A stretch of 64,000 nt of DNA. Source: Octopus vulgaris. Lineage: Eukaryota. This document shows positions 43,767-57,159 of the stretch, piece after piece (position 1 is the first letter of the stretch; every line of letters starts with the position of its first letter). The notes beneath the pieces were generated by a model. It made no database searches and was not told the DNA's origin. It saw nothing but the letters and a program-made list of their open reading frames with translations. The stretch lies in NCBI GenBank assembly GCA_951406725.2, contig OX597835.1, positions 18,538,001 to 18,602,000 on the forward strand, read 5' to 3'. A program made the translations under genes and the position numbers.

Positions 43767-44563
43767 ACATATTCATATATATATATATGTATATGTATAT
43801 ATATATAAATATATATATATACATGTATGTGTATGTATGTATATATGTATGTATGTATGTATATATATATATATATATATGTATATAGGTAGATAGATAG
43901 ATATAGATATATTCATACATACATGCATATGTTTATGAGTATACATTGTTATCTCTCTCTCTCGCTCTCTCTCTCTCTCTGTCTATATATATACATATAT
44001 ATATATACATATATATACATACAACATATACGTATAGGAATATATGCTAACATACATATTCAAATATGCATATAAATATAATATTCTGTATGCATCTATG
44101 TGAATTTCTACATCCATATTTATTGTCCGTATGTTTCTTATTGGCTGTCACTCTATTTCTCGCGCGCGATCAGTTTCTGTTGTATACACTAGACTGATTG
44201 AAAAATAAGTAACACCTTAAATTGCAACTGGACACCTAGAATTTATTCGCTTCAGCTGTTTGCCTTCCATTCATCATCTGCATTGCAGCGAACAAAATTA
44301 GTTTCATACATACATACATACATATACACGCTCACACGTGCACACATATCGATACATATTTCTGCGAACATATACACATATGCATGTTGATCTGTCTGTT
44401 GTATATGTGTGCGAGAGTGTGTGTTCGTGTATGTGCGTGTTTGTCGTACGCGTGTTTGCGTGTGTATTTGTATACATATGTCTATAACTATATCTATGTA
44501 ATGTACATATATATATATATATATATATATACATACATACGTTACATACACACAGACATAAAA

Positions 44564-44595
<32 letters not shown>

Positions 44596-45032
44596 TAGAA
44601 TAATAAGTTAGTCAGAATGTTGGATGAATATATATTTTTCATTTACATTTCATTTAGGCTTTTAAGCACGCTTTCTTCTGTTATCGGATTTATTAAAATA
44701 AGTGGTTTAATGCTAGATTACGTGGCTTTTTACGTATAAAGAATTTTGTAGGGTTTGCCAAGCGATGGAGAAGAAAGAAGAAACAAGTTTCGAGAAATAG
44801 TGGGAGGTAAAAAGGCGCTGTTTTTGCATTGATATAGTCAGGCTTGTTTGTTTAGTAATTAGTGGCTTTTTAATGTGGAGAAGGAAAAAGAATTGCTGTA
44901 TTTAAATTGAGCAAATGTTTAATTGTAAAACCAGATGTTGTTCTTGAATTTCTTCAGACATCCAAAAGCGTATGCGGACATAACCTCCGAATCAATTCAA
45001 ATACGGATTAGAAACCCGTACTCTACTATACC

Positions 45033-45320
45033 AAACATATTTTCACGCTGAGAGTTGCTGAAACATGGAACAAACTGCCGGCATCAGTTGTTAGTTGTCG
45101 GGGCACTTCATCCTTCAAAACTTCCATGCTTTCTGAGATTCGCCAACACTACACCTGATTTTCTCCCCTCCATACACACACAGGCATGTATCTGACTCAT
45201 ACATTGTTCGCTTTCCAGACATTTCTACATTACTGCATGTACTTTATATGCACTTTCTGACAAGTTGTGGTGCACCTGAGCACTGTATACAATAATTTCA
45301 TTATTATTATTATTATTATT
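45033..45320 (+). mobile_element. CR1/L2-group LINE 3' end (ORF2 C-terminus, 3' UTR, (ATT)n tail)
   Basis: KHIFTLRVAETWNKLPASVVS...SFKTSM matches the F..RV...WN.LP..VV....SFK motif. Confidence 0.8.
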
Positions 45321-45714
45321 CATACTAGGATGAACCCGCGCACAAAATATAAACAACTACCGTCAACCAATTATGCTACATGGAGGAACACATAGGAAAA
45401 AATACAAGCAAAATATAGGCAACCATTAACACACTAACACTGCACGACGTAGATGGATGAACACACAGGACGAAAAACAATTGGGGAACAAAGAACACAG
45501 TGACACTAATATAAAAATTCTTAAGAGAAAACTCAAGAAACCAACGATATATAAAACCAAACCTACACCGCCCACCAAACGTAGTAGATGGGAAGACAAC
45601 TATTATGACAACGAAATACATACAGATAGCATGAACCGTTCTCTCTCTCACAAAGAATCCAGAACCCCAGAAATAGAAACTGGAGACGTAACAACACAGC
45701 CCACATTTTAGGGA

Positions 45715-45925
45715 GTAAATTTTGAGATTGTTTCTCTATCTGAACCTAGGTGTTTATCGCTCCCTTTCTAAAGGATGAACTGAGATTTTTCTCTTACGAT
45801 TGATATGTCCCCTACTTTCTTGTTGTCGGAGAACTTTATAAGACGGAGGTGAGGGATGCATGTCTCAATATCGGTTTTTAGTTCTATGAGACTCGGAGTG
45901 GGTGTCGGGGTAAATTTGAAACCGC
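45715..45925 (-). pseudogene. Penelope-like ORF N-terminal fragment (inverted)
   Basis: GFKFTPTPTPSLIELKTDIETCIPHLRLIKF...SIVREKSQF (cf. GLKFxPTP...LRL...KSxF). Confidence 0.65.
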
Positions 45926-45987
45926 GCTCCGGATCCGATACAACATAAGTGCCTAATGAATCCAGGAAACAAGTAAACCCTAAATTT

Positions 45988-46050
45988 ATAAATTTATCAA
46001 ATAGAGACCTGAACTAAAATGAAATGAGCCTTTTACTAAAATGTTTCAAA
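45988..46050 (+). pseudogene. Penelope-like ORF fragment directly preceding the inverted piece in protein order
   Basis: INLSNRDLN*NEMSLLLKCFK (cf. INLSxxxLxxxExxLLxKGLKF). Confidence 0.6.
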
Positions 46051-46265
46051 CTAACTTTTAAAAACCGGGATTGGTATATTTATATCCCCGTTATCTAGCA
46101 GTTCGGCATACAGAACAATACAGTAACTACCATACTTTAAAATATACAATAAGTACGAGGCTTGAAAGCACTAGGGCGGATTTAGTCAACTATATAACAT
46201 TTATGGTGGTGCTCCAGCACGGCCGTAGTCCAATATCTGAAACAAGTAAAATATGATAGATATAC

Positions 46266-46674
46266 AGGTGTGGTAAGTAGCTTGCTTACCAACCACATGG
46301 TTACGGGTTCAGTCCCACTGCGTGGCATCTTGGGCAAGTGTTTTCTGCTATAGCCCCGGGCCGACCGATGCCTTGTGAGTGGATTTGGTAGACGTAAACT
46401 GAAAGAAGCCTGTCGTATATATGTTTATGTATATGTATGTGTGTGTGTATGTTTGTGTGTCTGTGTTTGTCTCCCTAGCATTGCTTGAAAACCTATGCTG
46501 GTGTGTTTACGTCCCCGTAACTTAGCGGTTCGGCAAAAGATACCGATAGAATAAGTACTGGGCTTACAAAGAATAAGTCTCGGGGTTGATTTGCCCGACT
46601 AAAGGCGGCGCTCCAGCATGGCCACAGTCAAATGACTGAAACAATTAAAAGATTAAAAAAAAAGTAAAAAGAGT
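46266..46674 (+). mobile_element. SINE family A (an older decayed copy precedes it at ~46060-46252)
   Basis: Consensus match. Confidence 0.88.
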
Positions 46675-48000
46675 ATACACACACTCACTCTACAGCTCTC
46701 TCTCTCTCTTTCTTTTCTCTCCCGCCTATGTATTTTGACATAATTTTTCCATATATTTGTATTTCAGTTGGGATTTATATATTTTATAAATCAAGAGGTA
46801 CCTCTAGACCGTGCGAAAGAAAGCGGTTTCATTGTTGAGTAAAAGAAAATAGTGAGATTGTCGGAGGTGTTGATTTAAGCTTTTTTAAATATTAATCTTC
46901 CATTTTAAAATACACATGTGAGTATTTCTGCTGGTGCAAATGTATAAAATATTCAAAACATTTTGTTCAACAATTTCACACCAGTACTTTTCAAATCCCT
47001 TATGAAATATTTCAAAGAAGTCAATTAATTCTTAAGAATCATACTTTAAATACTTTTTTAAAATTATTTTTGTTAGTCTTCTTTGTTTTTATAAAATAGA
47101 GTAGAACTTTGTGAAGTCTGGTTCCATGTAGTTATAATTTATAATTTCGTTTCGTGTTCGCATTTTATTTGCGGTTCGGTTTAGATGTGTTGCCGTGGGC
47201 TATGATAAATACCATGTACCATATCCTCATACGCTGAAGTGGCCGATAGCAATTGCTAATTAAGCATTATGCATATTAAAGCATATATTATAGGTTCATT
47301 TATCTGCACCAAATACATAATTATACACTTTGATGAGCTACAAAATGAAAATAGAAAATTTGGAAAAGACACAGAATTTATACGTGTTACTGAAAGGGTT
47401 ATGGAAGATGCAAGGGCCTTAAGGATACGAACAATATTGTTAAGAATGTCACCTTTGTAGTTTAAATGAAGAAATGAAGAACATAACAAATCTATTTTTG
47501 ATAACTGCCTTGAAATGCCATCTGAAAGTAACACCATCCTATGACGCACGACTGTTGTTAAAACATCATACGATATTTTATCTCGAAGATTATCTAACCT
47601 GAAGTTAATCTTTCAACAATAAATATTATACAAATATAAAATGACAGAGTTTGACTTTTATTTCTGTGATATTCTGTAAAGTTAATGTTATTGGCGTTAT
47701 CATCAGTGTTAGGATTCGATGAAAATGAAAACACAAATATTGTGAGATATTCTACACTTATCACACAAAATGCATAACATGTATTACGGAAACAACCGTT
47801 TTTTTAACAGGTGTATATATCTTGTTAAGTCATTTCGTGAAAGATAGAATAGGCATTTTTTCTGCAGTGACAAACATTTATATTTGAACGTAAATGTTGC
47901 ACTTATATTTTGCATCATATCTATTTCTATCAGTTTGCATGGCTGTCGCAATCGAGATCCCTCAATCGTGGGTTCAACTCCCTTACAGGATGGGGCGTGT

Positions 48001-48095
48001 TCTAGAGCCAAATCAGGAGAATACATAGGGTGATCAAGCAGTTCAAATCCACAGTCACGCGCAACAGTCATTGAAACGAAGGTCCTGTGTCCTCC
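48001..48095 (-). pseudogene. Mariner transposase fragment
   Basis: DCGFELLDHPMYSPDLA (HPPYSPDLAP motif). Confidence 0.7.
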
Positions 48096-48239
48096 AGATT
48101 TGTCATCAGGAAACAGGAACACTTACGTCACATTTCCTGGGAGTTTGGACTTGATAGTCTTTCGTACATGTTTCAACAATTTGACAAAGCAGCCCACTTT
48201 AATGATGTGGCTCGTTATCTATATGTGTATGCATATATA

Positions 48240-48543
48240 TCACGTGACCACGTGATATATATATCACGTGACCGACCCGGCAATCATATGTTTCTACACA
48301 TCGCTGGTCACAATGCGCTTCGCATTGTTTTAGTCATGAAGTGACGGTACCCCGCTAGCTATGCGAACAGGCCAAGAGAAGAAAGAGTTAGAGAAAGTTG
48401 TGGCGAAAGCGTACAGCAGGGATCTCCACAACCCCCCTGCCGGAGCCTTGTGGAGCTGTAGGTGTTTTCGCTCAATAAACACTCACAGCGCCCGGTCTGG
48501 GAATCGAAACCGTGATCCTACGACCACGAGTCCGCTGCGCCTC
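48240..48543 (-). mobile_element. SINE family C with a different 3' tail
   Basis: Head and body match 12951-13140; tail ends GGTCACGTGA (repeated). Confidence 0.75.
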
Positions 48544-48758
48544 GTATGCATATATATATATATATATACATATATATACATATATGTATGTACATGCAAG
48601 CACAACACACACATACATATATACCAGTAGATTGTGGCACACATTGTTTGTACTCAGACACACTATCACCGACTCTACCTTTGTGCTTTATGCATTTAAA
48701 TACCCGGTTCTCTAGAATTAATTAAAGGTATACATACATGCATACACACAAATACACA

Positions 48759-48836
<78 letters not shown>

Positions 48837-49056
48837 CGCAACAAAGATATGATGGTTTCAATTGCCGTTCATCTGTATTACTTATTTATATTCTGTTCAC
48901 CTAACTTGGGATCTGACCTTCGGAAAAGGGTGTTGAATGTACCTTTATAAAGAGTATAAATTGTGTAGAGTATACTAAACTTGCAAAGTGCCTCAAATGA
49001 ATATTAAACACACACGAACACACATACACACACACTCACTCACACACACACGCACT

Positions 49057-49097
<41 letters not shown>

Positions 49098-49312
49098 TAT
49101 TGTAAAAACGGTAAGATAACAAAAGAAAGAAAGAGACCTCAATATTATGTAAATAGAGGAAATTTATCTCTATATTTGGCGAAAAATGCAAGTGAAGATG
49201 TGTTCGTTTTCATAGTGACGTATAAATACGCACGTGGGTTGGCGACCAGAATTATAATACAGTAATTTCCCTTTATATAACGGTATTTTTTCATAGCATT
49301 TTTCAGATAGCC

Positions 49313-49375
49313 AGTTAACCGAAGAGATGGTGTTGTGGATTTCCACTTCGTCATCTGAAACTCAGAGTTTTATCT
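49313..49375 (+). ncRNA. Type-I hammerhead ribozyme motif (U4C) in a ~300-bp module between (TA)n tracts
   Basis: AGTTAA-CCGAAGA-GATGG..GTGGA TT TCCAC..TCATC-T-GAAA-CTCAGAG-TT-TTATCT. Confidence 0.65.
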
Positions 49376-50131
49376 TGACTATTGAGTAATGTAACATATT
49401 ATTTTATATATATATATATGCATACAGATGTACACATACTCATATATGGGTACGCACACCACTAACAAGAACGAGCGGATAAACCACACACACACTTGCG
49501 CGTGTGTTTCTTTTCTCAAAGTGGCCTTAGAAAATACCAGGAGAATTTGGGCAAACACAAATTTACTTGTACATGTGTTTCTATCCATAATTTCCATGTG
49601 GATATTCTATTTTAAACCTACTTTGTTATCCGTATAATTGAACGCAATACATGTTTCATATTGGAAATAAGGCTACCTTCAGCGTTGATACATTTTATTA
49701 AAGAATTCTTGTTATCCTTAAGGGCGTCTGATGAATGATTTTTTCAAAAAATACACAGTTCAATGTACTGATATAGATTTCTTCTCTTTATAATTGGTGA
49801 ACAAGAGATCACCTTATTGCTCGGAAGCTAGATTTGTGGTAAACATTTATAACATGAGTTTTAGCTGCAGATTAATATATTAATGTGGGCGTGTTTAATT
49901 TAATCGCACTGGAGATACCCGTTTATTGTGTCCTCGAAGTAATGAGAATGTGATTTAACTAGGATCACCATCGCAAGTCTAAAATGGAATCACAAATTTG
50001 ATAGACTTGGAATATTTTGCTAACTGACCAAAAATTATCACAGGTCTAAAATCATGAAGATCCAACGAAATTGTTTTACTATATATATTTTTGCGTCTGT
50101 TTGTGTGCGTCACTTAGGGGAAATTCTTCTC

Positions 50132-50513
50132 ATCTCTTTTACTCTTTTACTTGTTTCAGTCATTTGACTGCGGCCATGCTGGAGCACCGCCTTTAGTCGA
50201 GCAAATCGACCCCGGGACTTATTCTTTGTAAGCCCAGTACTTATTCTATCGGTCTCTTTTGCCGAACCGCTAAGTAACGGGGACGTAAACACACCAGCAT
50301 CGGTTGTCAAGCAATGCTAGGGGGACAAACACGGACACACAAACACACATACATATATACGACAGGCTTCTTCCAGTTTCCGTCTACCAAGTCCACTCAC
50401 AAGGCATTGGTCGGCCCGAGGCTATAGCAGAAGACACTTGTCCAAGGTGCCACTGAACCCGGAACCATGTGGTTGGTTAGCAAGCTACTTACCACACAGC
50501 CACTCGTGCGCCT
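50132..50513 (-). mobile_element. SINE family A, near full length
   Basis: Consensus match with a small deletion near the B box. Confidence 0.9.
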
Positions 50514-50808
50514 GATCTGTGTAAAAAGATACCCCAGTATAGTGTTTCACTTTATTCAAGATAATCTTCGTCCTCTACAAACTTCTAACCTTTTGTCCTG
50601 AAGTAACAAGGTGCCTCATAGGCCTCACGTACGATTTCAGGCTATTTCTAGCTAAATAACTCAATAAATATTCCACTGGTTCAAAAGTTTCGCAAATGTT
50701 ATTCGATTTTAAAGCGTTGTATGAATTTATGAGCTTGACAATTTTACACTTACTGCCGGTGTATATATGTATATATGTATATATATATATAAATATATAT
50801 ATATATAC

Positions 50809-50882
<74 letters not shown>

Positions 50883-51155
50883 ATGTGTGTGTGTGTAGGT
50901 ATGTATATGTCAGTAATAGTACAATTAATAGTACAAAAAGGGTACAATTAATCAATTAATCAATTAATTAATAATTAATAATTTTACCAAGTAGTCTGGT
51001 AGATATTTATGGTAGCGGAAAAATTAAGTGTTTTAACTGCTATTTCTAACTTCGGTGCGTGGCGAAGCAATTAGCTGAACCCTGGTTATAACTAATGCTT
51101 ACAAGTATATAATTATATATTTGTATATATATGAATATGAATATTTACATATACT

Positions 51156-51222
<67 letters not shown>

Positions 51223-51727
51223 GCGTGTGTGTGTGTATGTGCGTATATGCAGTCCTACAATTTGATTCTCTTCGCATCCACGCAATCTGCTTACCCGATA
51301 CTTTGAGTTTATCTGCTGTAGCATTGTTGTAACCAAAAGTTTGTGAGCGATATTTTGATACGGCATTGGAGCTAAGCTTTTCTTCTATCCACGTATATTT
51401 GCATGGGTATGTGTGATTATATACCAATAACACCTGTATGAATCAATTATTCCTGAGTCTCTAATGACTTATGTAATTGAGCGGATGATATATAGAAAGA
51501 GATAAAATATAATTTAGACTGAAATGTAATTATTGTTAATATGAGTGACTAAGTGACTAACGTTGATGACACAATATCGTCGTCATCCAATCGCTGAATC
51601 CGGTAAAAGAATATAAAAATGTCCATTACATCTCATAACTATGGAGCATTTTCAGGTTTAAAATTTCGAATAAATCCTTAGAATGCTATACAATTTAATA
51701 AATTTTGCTAAATGAGATATCTACACT

Positions 51728-51779
51728 TCTCAGCTGAAGATGGTGGATACAATTACCATAAAAGAATTTCCTTCTGAGA
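51728..51779 (+). ncRNA. Degenerate type-I hammerhead motif (G12 lost)
   Basis: TCTCAG-CTGAAGA-TGGT...ACCA-T-AAAA-GAATTTCC-TT-CTGAGA: 6-bp stem I, 4-bp stem II. Confidence 0.45.
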
Positions 51780-51857
51780 CGTTAACAATTACTGTTATCA
51801 TAAATTTATCGCATCCTTCGATCTTCGTGATAGCGCATACACAAACTTACATGTGTG

Positions 51858-51942
<85 letters not shown>

Positions 51943-51943
51943 G

Positions 51944-52000
<57 letters not shown>

Positions 52001-52298
52001 ATATATATATATATATATATGTGCGTGTGTGTGTACAATTATATTTATATATATGTATATAGAAAATCTACTTGCCAACGTACATTGGTGGTCCTGGCAA
52101 GGACGATGTTAATACGTTTTTATAACCCCAGGAAAACATCTTTTCCAGCTGGCTACCGACGCACAACTGCATCCTTATACCTCGAGCAATGATGCTTTTC
52201 CTGGAGCTAATAAAAGATCGTAACACGATCCTAACCATGACTGCCAATTACTCTGTAGTACAGTTACTACTTACTTCTCGCTCAGAGATTTAAAACTA

Positions 52299-52844
52299 TT
52301 GGTGTGTCCGGAAAGTCTGTGCCGATTTATAGTAGCTTATCTTTCGACTTATTTTAGAACATGGTTGAATCCACAAAATAGGATTTGACTACACCTCCAT
52401 TTAGAGCACAGTTTAAACTACCTTTTCGTGGAAGAAAGTTTACGTTCGTATAACCTGTGTTAATTTTGTAACCGTTTAAAATGGAAGATAAGAAAGTTCA
52501 TTTTCGGCACTTGATGATTTGGTAACCAGACAAAAATTGCTGCATCTCGGTTAGGATGTGTTACCCCACCCTCCATATTCACCAAATATTGCTCCTTCGG
52601 ATTTCCAGTTATTCAGGTCTCTGAAGAATAGCCTTAATGGTAAAAAATTTAATTCCCTGGATGACGTAAAGAGATACCTTAATGAATTCTTTGCCATGAA
52701 ACCACCTCAATTCTGGGAAGAAGGTATTTTCAAGTTAAAGGAAAGATGGAGACGCATTGTGCAATAAAATGGTTCATAATGGCAAGTATTTATTGAGCTT
52801 TTTATTTCCTTTAAAAATCGGCGCGAACTTTCTGGATAACCGAA
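52299..52844 (+). mobile_element. Internally deleted mariner element with both TIRs
   Basis: ~30-bp TIRs (TTGG.GTGTCCGGAAAGTCTGTGCCGATTT / AAATCGGCGCGAACTTTCTGGATAACCGAA) after TA; MEDKKVHFRHLMIW from 52481 fused to ...LPHPPYSPNIAPSDFQLFRSL...KERWRRIVQ. Confidence 0.88.
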
Positions 52845-53233
52845 TGTTTCAAAGTATTTGTTAACTTAACCGGTTTCACTTCGTTATAATGATTTTCAAA
52901 AATGAAACGTGAGGCTTTGTGTATCCCCTCTAGTGCCAAATTTAGTTTACATAAATGCATTCAAGTCGTTTAATAGAGTCTTTGACAATGATAGGAAAAG
53001 GTTTGCGGTTTTTTGTATTATCTGAGATGAGTTAAAAATAGTTTAAATAAAAAACGCTCAGAGCAGGTAATAAATTTTTATAATGATAAGAAGATAAAAA
53101 TGAGTTTTTAGTCTTACAGTTATCAGAAACTATAATTGTTTGCAATACATCAAATAGAAGAAAAGGTGAGTAGCGAAGTAAGAAACCATTTATAGTTCTC
53201 AGATCTAGTTGTAAGGGTCTCGCATCTGGCAGT

Positions 53234-53640
53234 TACTCTTTACTCTTTTACTCTTTTACTTGTTTCAGTCATTTGACTGTGGCCATGCTGGAGCACCGCC
53301 TTTAATCGAGCAACTCGACCCCGGGACTTATTCTTTTGTAAGCCCAGTACTTATTCTATCTGTCTCTTTTGCCTAACCGCTAAGTTACGGGGACATAAAC
53401 ACACCAGCATCGGCTGTCAAGCAATGCTAGGGGGACAAACACACACACGCATATATATATATATATACATATATACGACGGGCTTCTTTCAGTTTCCGTC
53501 TACCAAATCCACTCACAAGGCTTTGGTCGGCCCGAGGCTATAGTAGAATACACTTGCCCAAGGTGCCACGCAGTGGGACTGAACCCGGAACCATGTGTTT
53601 GGTAGGCAAGCTACTTACGACACAGCCACTCCTGCGCCTA
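53234..53640 (-). mobile_element. SINE family A, full length
   Basis: Consensus match. Confidence 0.92.
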
Positions 53641-54867
53641 TTATTTACTATTTAAAAAAATTTCGCTGTAACTTAATCGTAATTTTTTTACACACAGAGT
53701 AACAAATCTTCTGTGTAAAATCTTGATTTTATCCAGAAATGATAAATATTGATGATATATCCCTTAAATACCAATGTCATCCAATGTTCGTTTTCAGAAG
53801 TACAAACGGTGTGGCTGACTGATGGTGGTAGCATCGCTACAAACTTGTTGGTGCTTGATAAAAATTGTTTTGAATGAGTTTAATTTGATCATCGTTTTTG
53901 ACTGTTGTTTAAAAAGGTTTTGGAGTTTACATGTATGACACGAAAGTACTGAACGGTGAGTATTTCTGTGTAAGTGTACGTAAGTGCATGTATTTGTATA
54001 TAGCAATGCAGGTGTTTCCAACACCCTAATCCTATTTAGCTACCAATTATACGCACACTGTTGCATAGATTAATTTTACACACACACACACACTCACACA
54101 CATATACACACATACACACACACACACATACACATACACCTACACAGACACACACACTAGTACAGATATACTTCGAAAGTTTCGTAAAAATTAATTTATA
54201 CATTTTTGTGAAAGTTTTTACCAATTTAAAAGAAAATTATTTAGAGAACATAATGCCATTATAATTTGTGTGTTAGGAATGTTCGCCGTTCAATTTTTCA
54301 ACCAGACGTGTTCTCGCTTAATGAGTATAGCGGAAGTTGTTTTTCGCAATGGTGTCGTAGCAGAAACACGATCGTTCTTTACCTTTTACATTGTGGCTTT
54401 TTAATTTTAGCTGTCTATACTTGGTTCCTCACGCTATGGTCGAGTCCATTTAGCTTCGCGTGGACTGTCCACCTTTTACTGTGATACACTAGCCTTGCGT
54501 TTCTGCATCAGATGTTCATGAGACGATTTTTCCACTACTTCCTAGAGTAGGAGTGTTTGTTACAAGGAAGATTTCATCTCCGATATGGGATCAGTTTTTA
54601 CCAGTTTGCAGCTTTCAATAAAGAGAAAATTATAACGAGAACGTTTGGGGCTATGTTTTGTGTTTCCTCTTACATCTATCTTCAACTTCGAGAGACTATG
54701 AACCCATGTAAAGTTTTAGACAGAGTTCCACTTGTTTTGTCAATATTCACTTAAGCGACAGAATAAAATTTTACAGTTCAGTAGTTGTAACACTTGCCAT
54801 TGTATTTCCCTATTGATATTCATCCAGACTCATTTTAATCAAAATATATTATATTATCAGGCCTGAA

Positions 54868-55505
54868 GGCGGGGAAATGCTTAGCGGTATTTCGTCTGCC
54901 GTTACGTTCTGAGTTCAAATTCCGCCGAGGTCGACTTTGCCTTTCATCTTTTCGGGGACGATAAATTAAGTACCAGTTACGCACTGGAGTCGATGTAATC
55001 GATTTAATACCTATGTCTGTCCTTGTTTGTCCTCTCTGTGTTTAGCCCCTTGTGGGTAGTAAAGAAATAGATATTCATCCTGACTCGTTTTAATCAAAAT
55101 ATATTATTTTATCAGGCCTGAAGGCGGCGAAATGCTTAGAGGTATTTCGTCTACCGCTACGTTCTGAGTTCAAATTCTGCCGAGGTCGACTTTGCCTTTC
55201 ATCCTTTCGAGGTCGATTAAATAAGTACCAGTTACGCACTGGGGTCGATGTAATCGATTTAATACCTATATCTGTCCTTGTTTGTCCCCTCTGTGTTTAG
55301 CCCCTTGTGGGTAATAAAGAAATATGTATTTCGTCTACCGCTATGTTCTGAGTTCAAATTCCGCCGAGGTCGACTTTGCCTTTCATGTTTTCGGGGACAA
55401 TTAAATAAGTACCAGTTACGCACTGGGGTCGATATAATCGACTTAATCTGATTGACTTTGTTTGTCCTCTCTGTGTTTAGCCCCTTGTGGGTAGTAAGGA
55501 AATAT
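54868..55505 (+). mobile_element. SINE family B cluster (3 units, including a 255-bp tandem duplication with flank)
   Basis: Flank 54815-54870 repeated at 55070-55125. Confidence 0.88.
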
Positions 55506-56173
55506 ATATCATTAGGCCTGAAACTGCATTTCATTCAACAACCGCACTCACTAAAATGTTTATCATTTCCGGTTTAGTTTCGGATATAGATTTGTTATCA
55601 AGTAATCTTTCGCATTTGGTTGTTGGCCATTTTCGTCTTCTATCATGTAACAGAAGAATGCACTAGAGATTCCATAAGCACAGATATCTAGATGCTTACT
55701 AAATGTTTGATTTCTAGGAGTGGCATCTTTAATTTGATCTTTGTACCCTATTGCACACCTGGTTAGTTTTGTCTAATTTCCCAAATATAAGGTTCATTGC
55801 CGCGTGGGTATAAGGTGCAGTAGATGAAATTTTATTTTGTTTTGAAATTCCCATTCACTTTCAATTCCTTTCGATTGTCGAATAATTTGGTTGCATCTAT
55901 TTATGTTCTTTCACATATCTCCATTATGAAGGTCCGCATTCATCCATTTGGCCCCATCTCTCTTCCTGCACTAGAGATCTACTGTAACTGTTTCATTTCC
56001 TTTAACTATTTAAATGTTCAAAACAATGGCACTTCCTCCTGTTTTATTACAATAATGAACTGGACAGATGCAGAAACGCTGTTTATTTCTTTACGGATTC
56101 TTGGAACGTTATACTTATTCCAAACTATGAAGTAGTCATGGAAGAATTTTTTCCAGTACCCTGTTATATAAGA

Positions 56174-56500
56174 CTAGCAGTATCGCCCGGCATTGCTCGG
56201 GTTTGTAAGGGAAATAACTATATAAGCATTTTTAGAGAGTTACTTCCTTATATAACCCGAGTTACTTCCCTTATATAACCCGAGCAAAAATCATTAAAAA
56301 TGCGGAAAAATGAAGGTAATTTTTTTTTAATCGTAGACTCATCGTAGGCGCGCGCTAATACCCAGAAGGGCTCGATATGAATGACGACTATAAGATACCC
56401 GCTTTTGGTTAAACTGCACCGCAAAATGTGGGAGTAGTTAGGAATCTAAATCGGAGGAGACAGAGTCTCACACACACAACTTCAATTTTATATATAAAGA
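56174..56500 (-). mobile_element. Non-autonomous Helitron
   Basis: Minus strand 5' TCTTTATATATAAAA, 3' CCCGAGCAATGCCGGG hairpin then CTAG, inserted between A and T; homologous to 58818-59216. Confidence 0.85.
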
Positions 56501-56908
56501 TTACAAATGTTGACCAAAACATATTCTTGACACTTTGTCGGCTTTCTTCACTCTTATTATATTTGTCTATCCAGAATGCCACAGCTTCCAAATTTTAAAC
56601 ATATCTGGTATTTAAGTAGAGACCGGTTTCGTATATTTACATATACATTCTTTTGTCATGTCAGTTTTATAGAAGTGAATATAAATTTCAACTTATAATT
56701 AATGAAATACTCAATGACGGATTGTACACAGTTCGTTTCTCCAGACGCTTTAAACAATTTTACACGAACCCCTACACACGGTTTTCCGATGTTGCAAACA
56801 TGATACATTTTAATATTTAATATGAAACGTATACGCGTGTATATGTGTACATATAATGAATTGCGTGTATGTATATGCGAATTTATACTCTCACACACAC
56901 ATATACAC

Positions 56909-56960
<52 letters not shown>

Positions 56961-57076
56961 GTATACATTTCTGTAGTATATCCTCTTTGTCCCTCACCTC
57001 CACTCTCTCTTTATATGTATATCTCTCTATCTATCTATCTATATATCTATCTATCTATCTATCCATCTATCTATCC

Positions 57077-57159
<83 letters not shown>

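Noticed and set aside
45322-45345. ACTAG...AACCCGCGC resembling a Helitron 3' end
   Set aside because: About 20 bp only, with no full hairpin or 5' end
49641-49686. Minus-strand CTGAAGG...GAAACATGTA hammerhead-like string
   Set aside because: Core mismatch, no convincing stem II and an offset stem I; at best a very old relic
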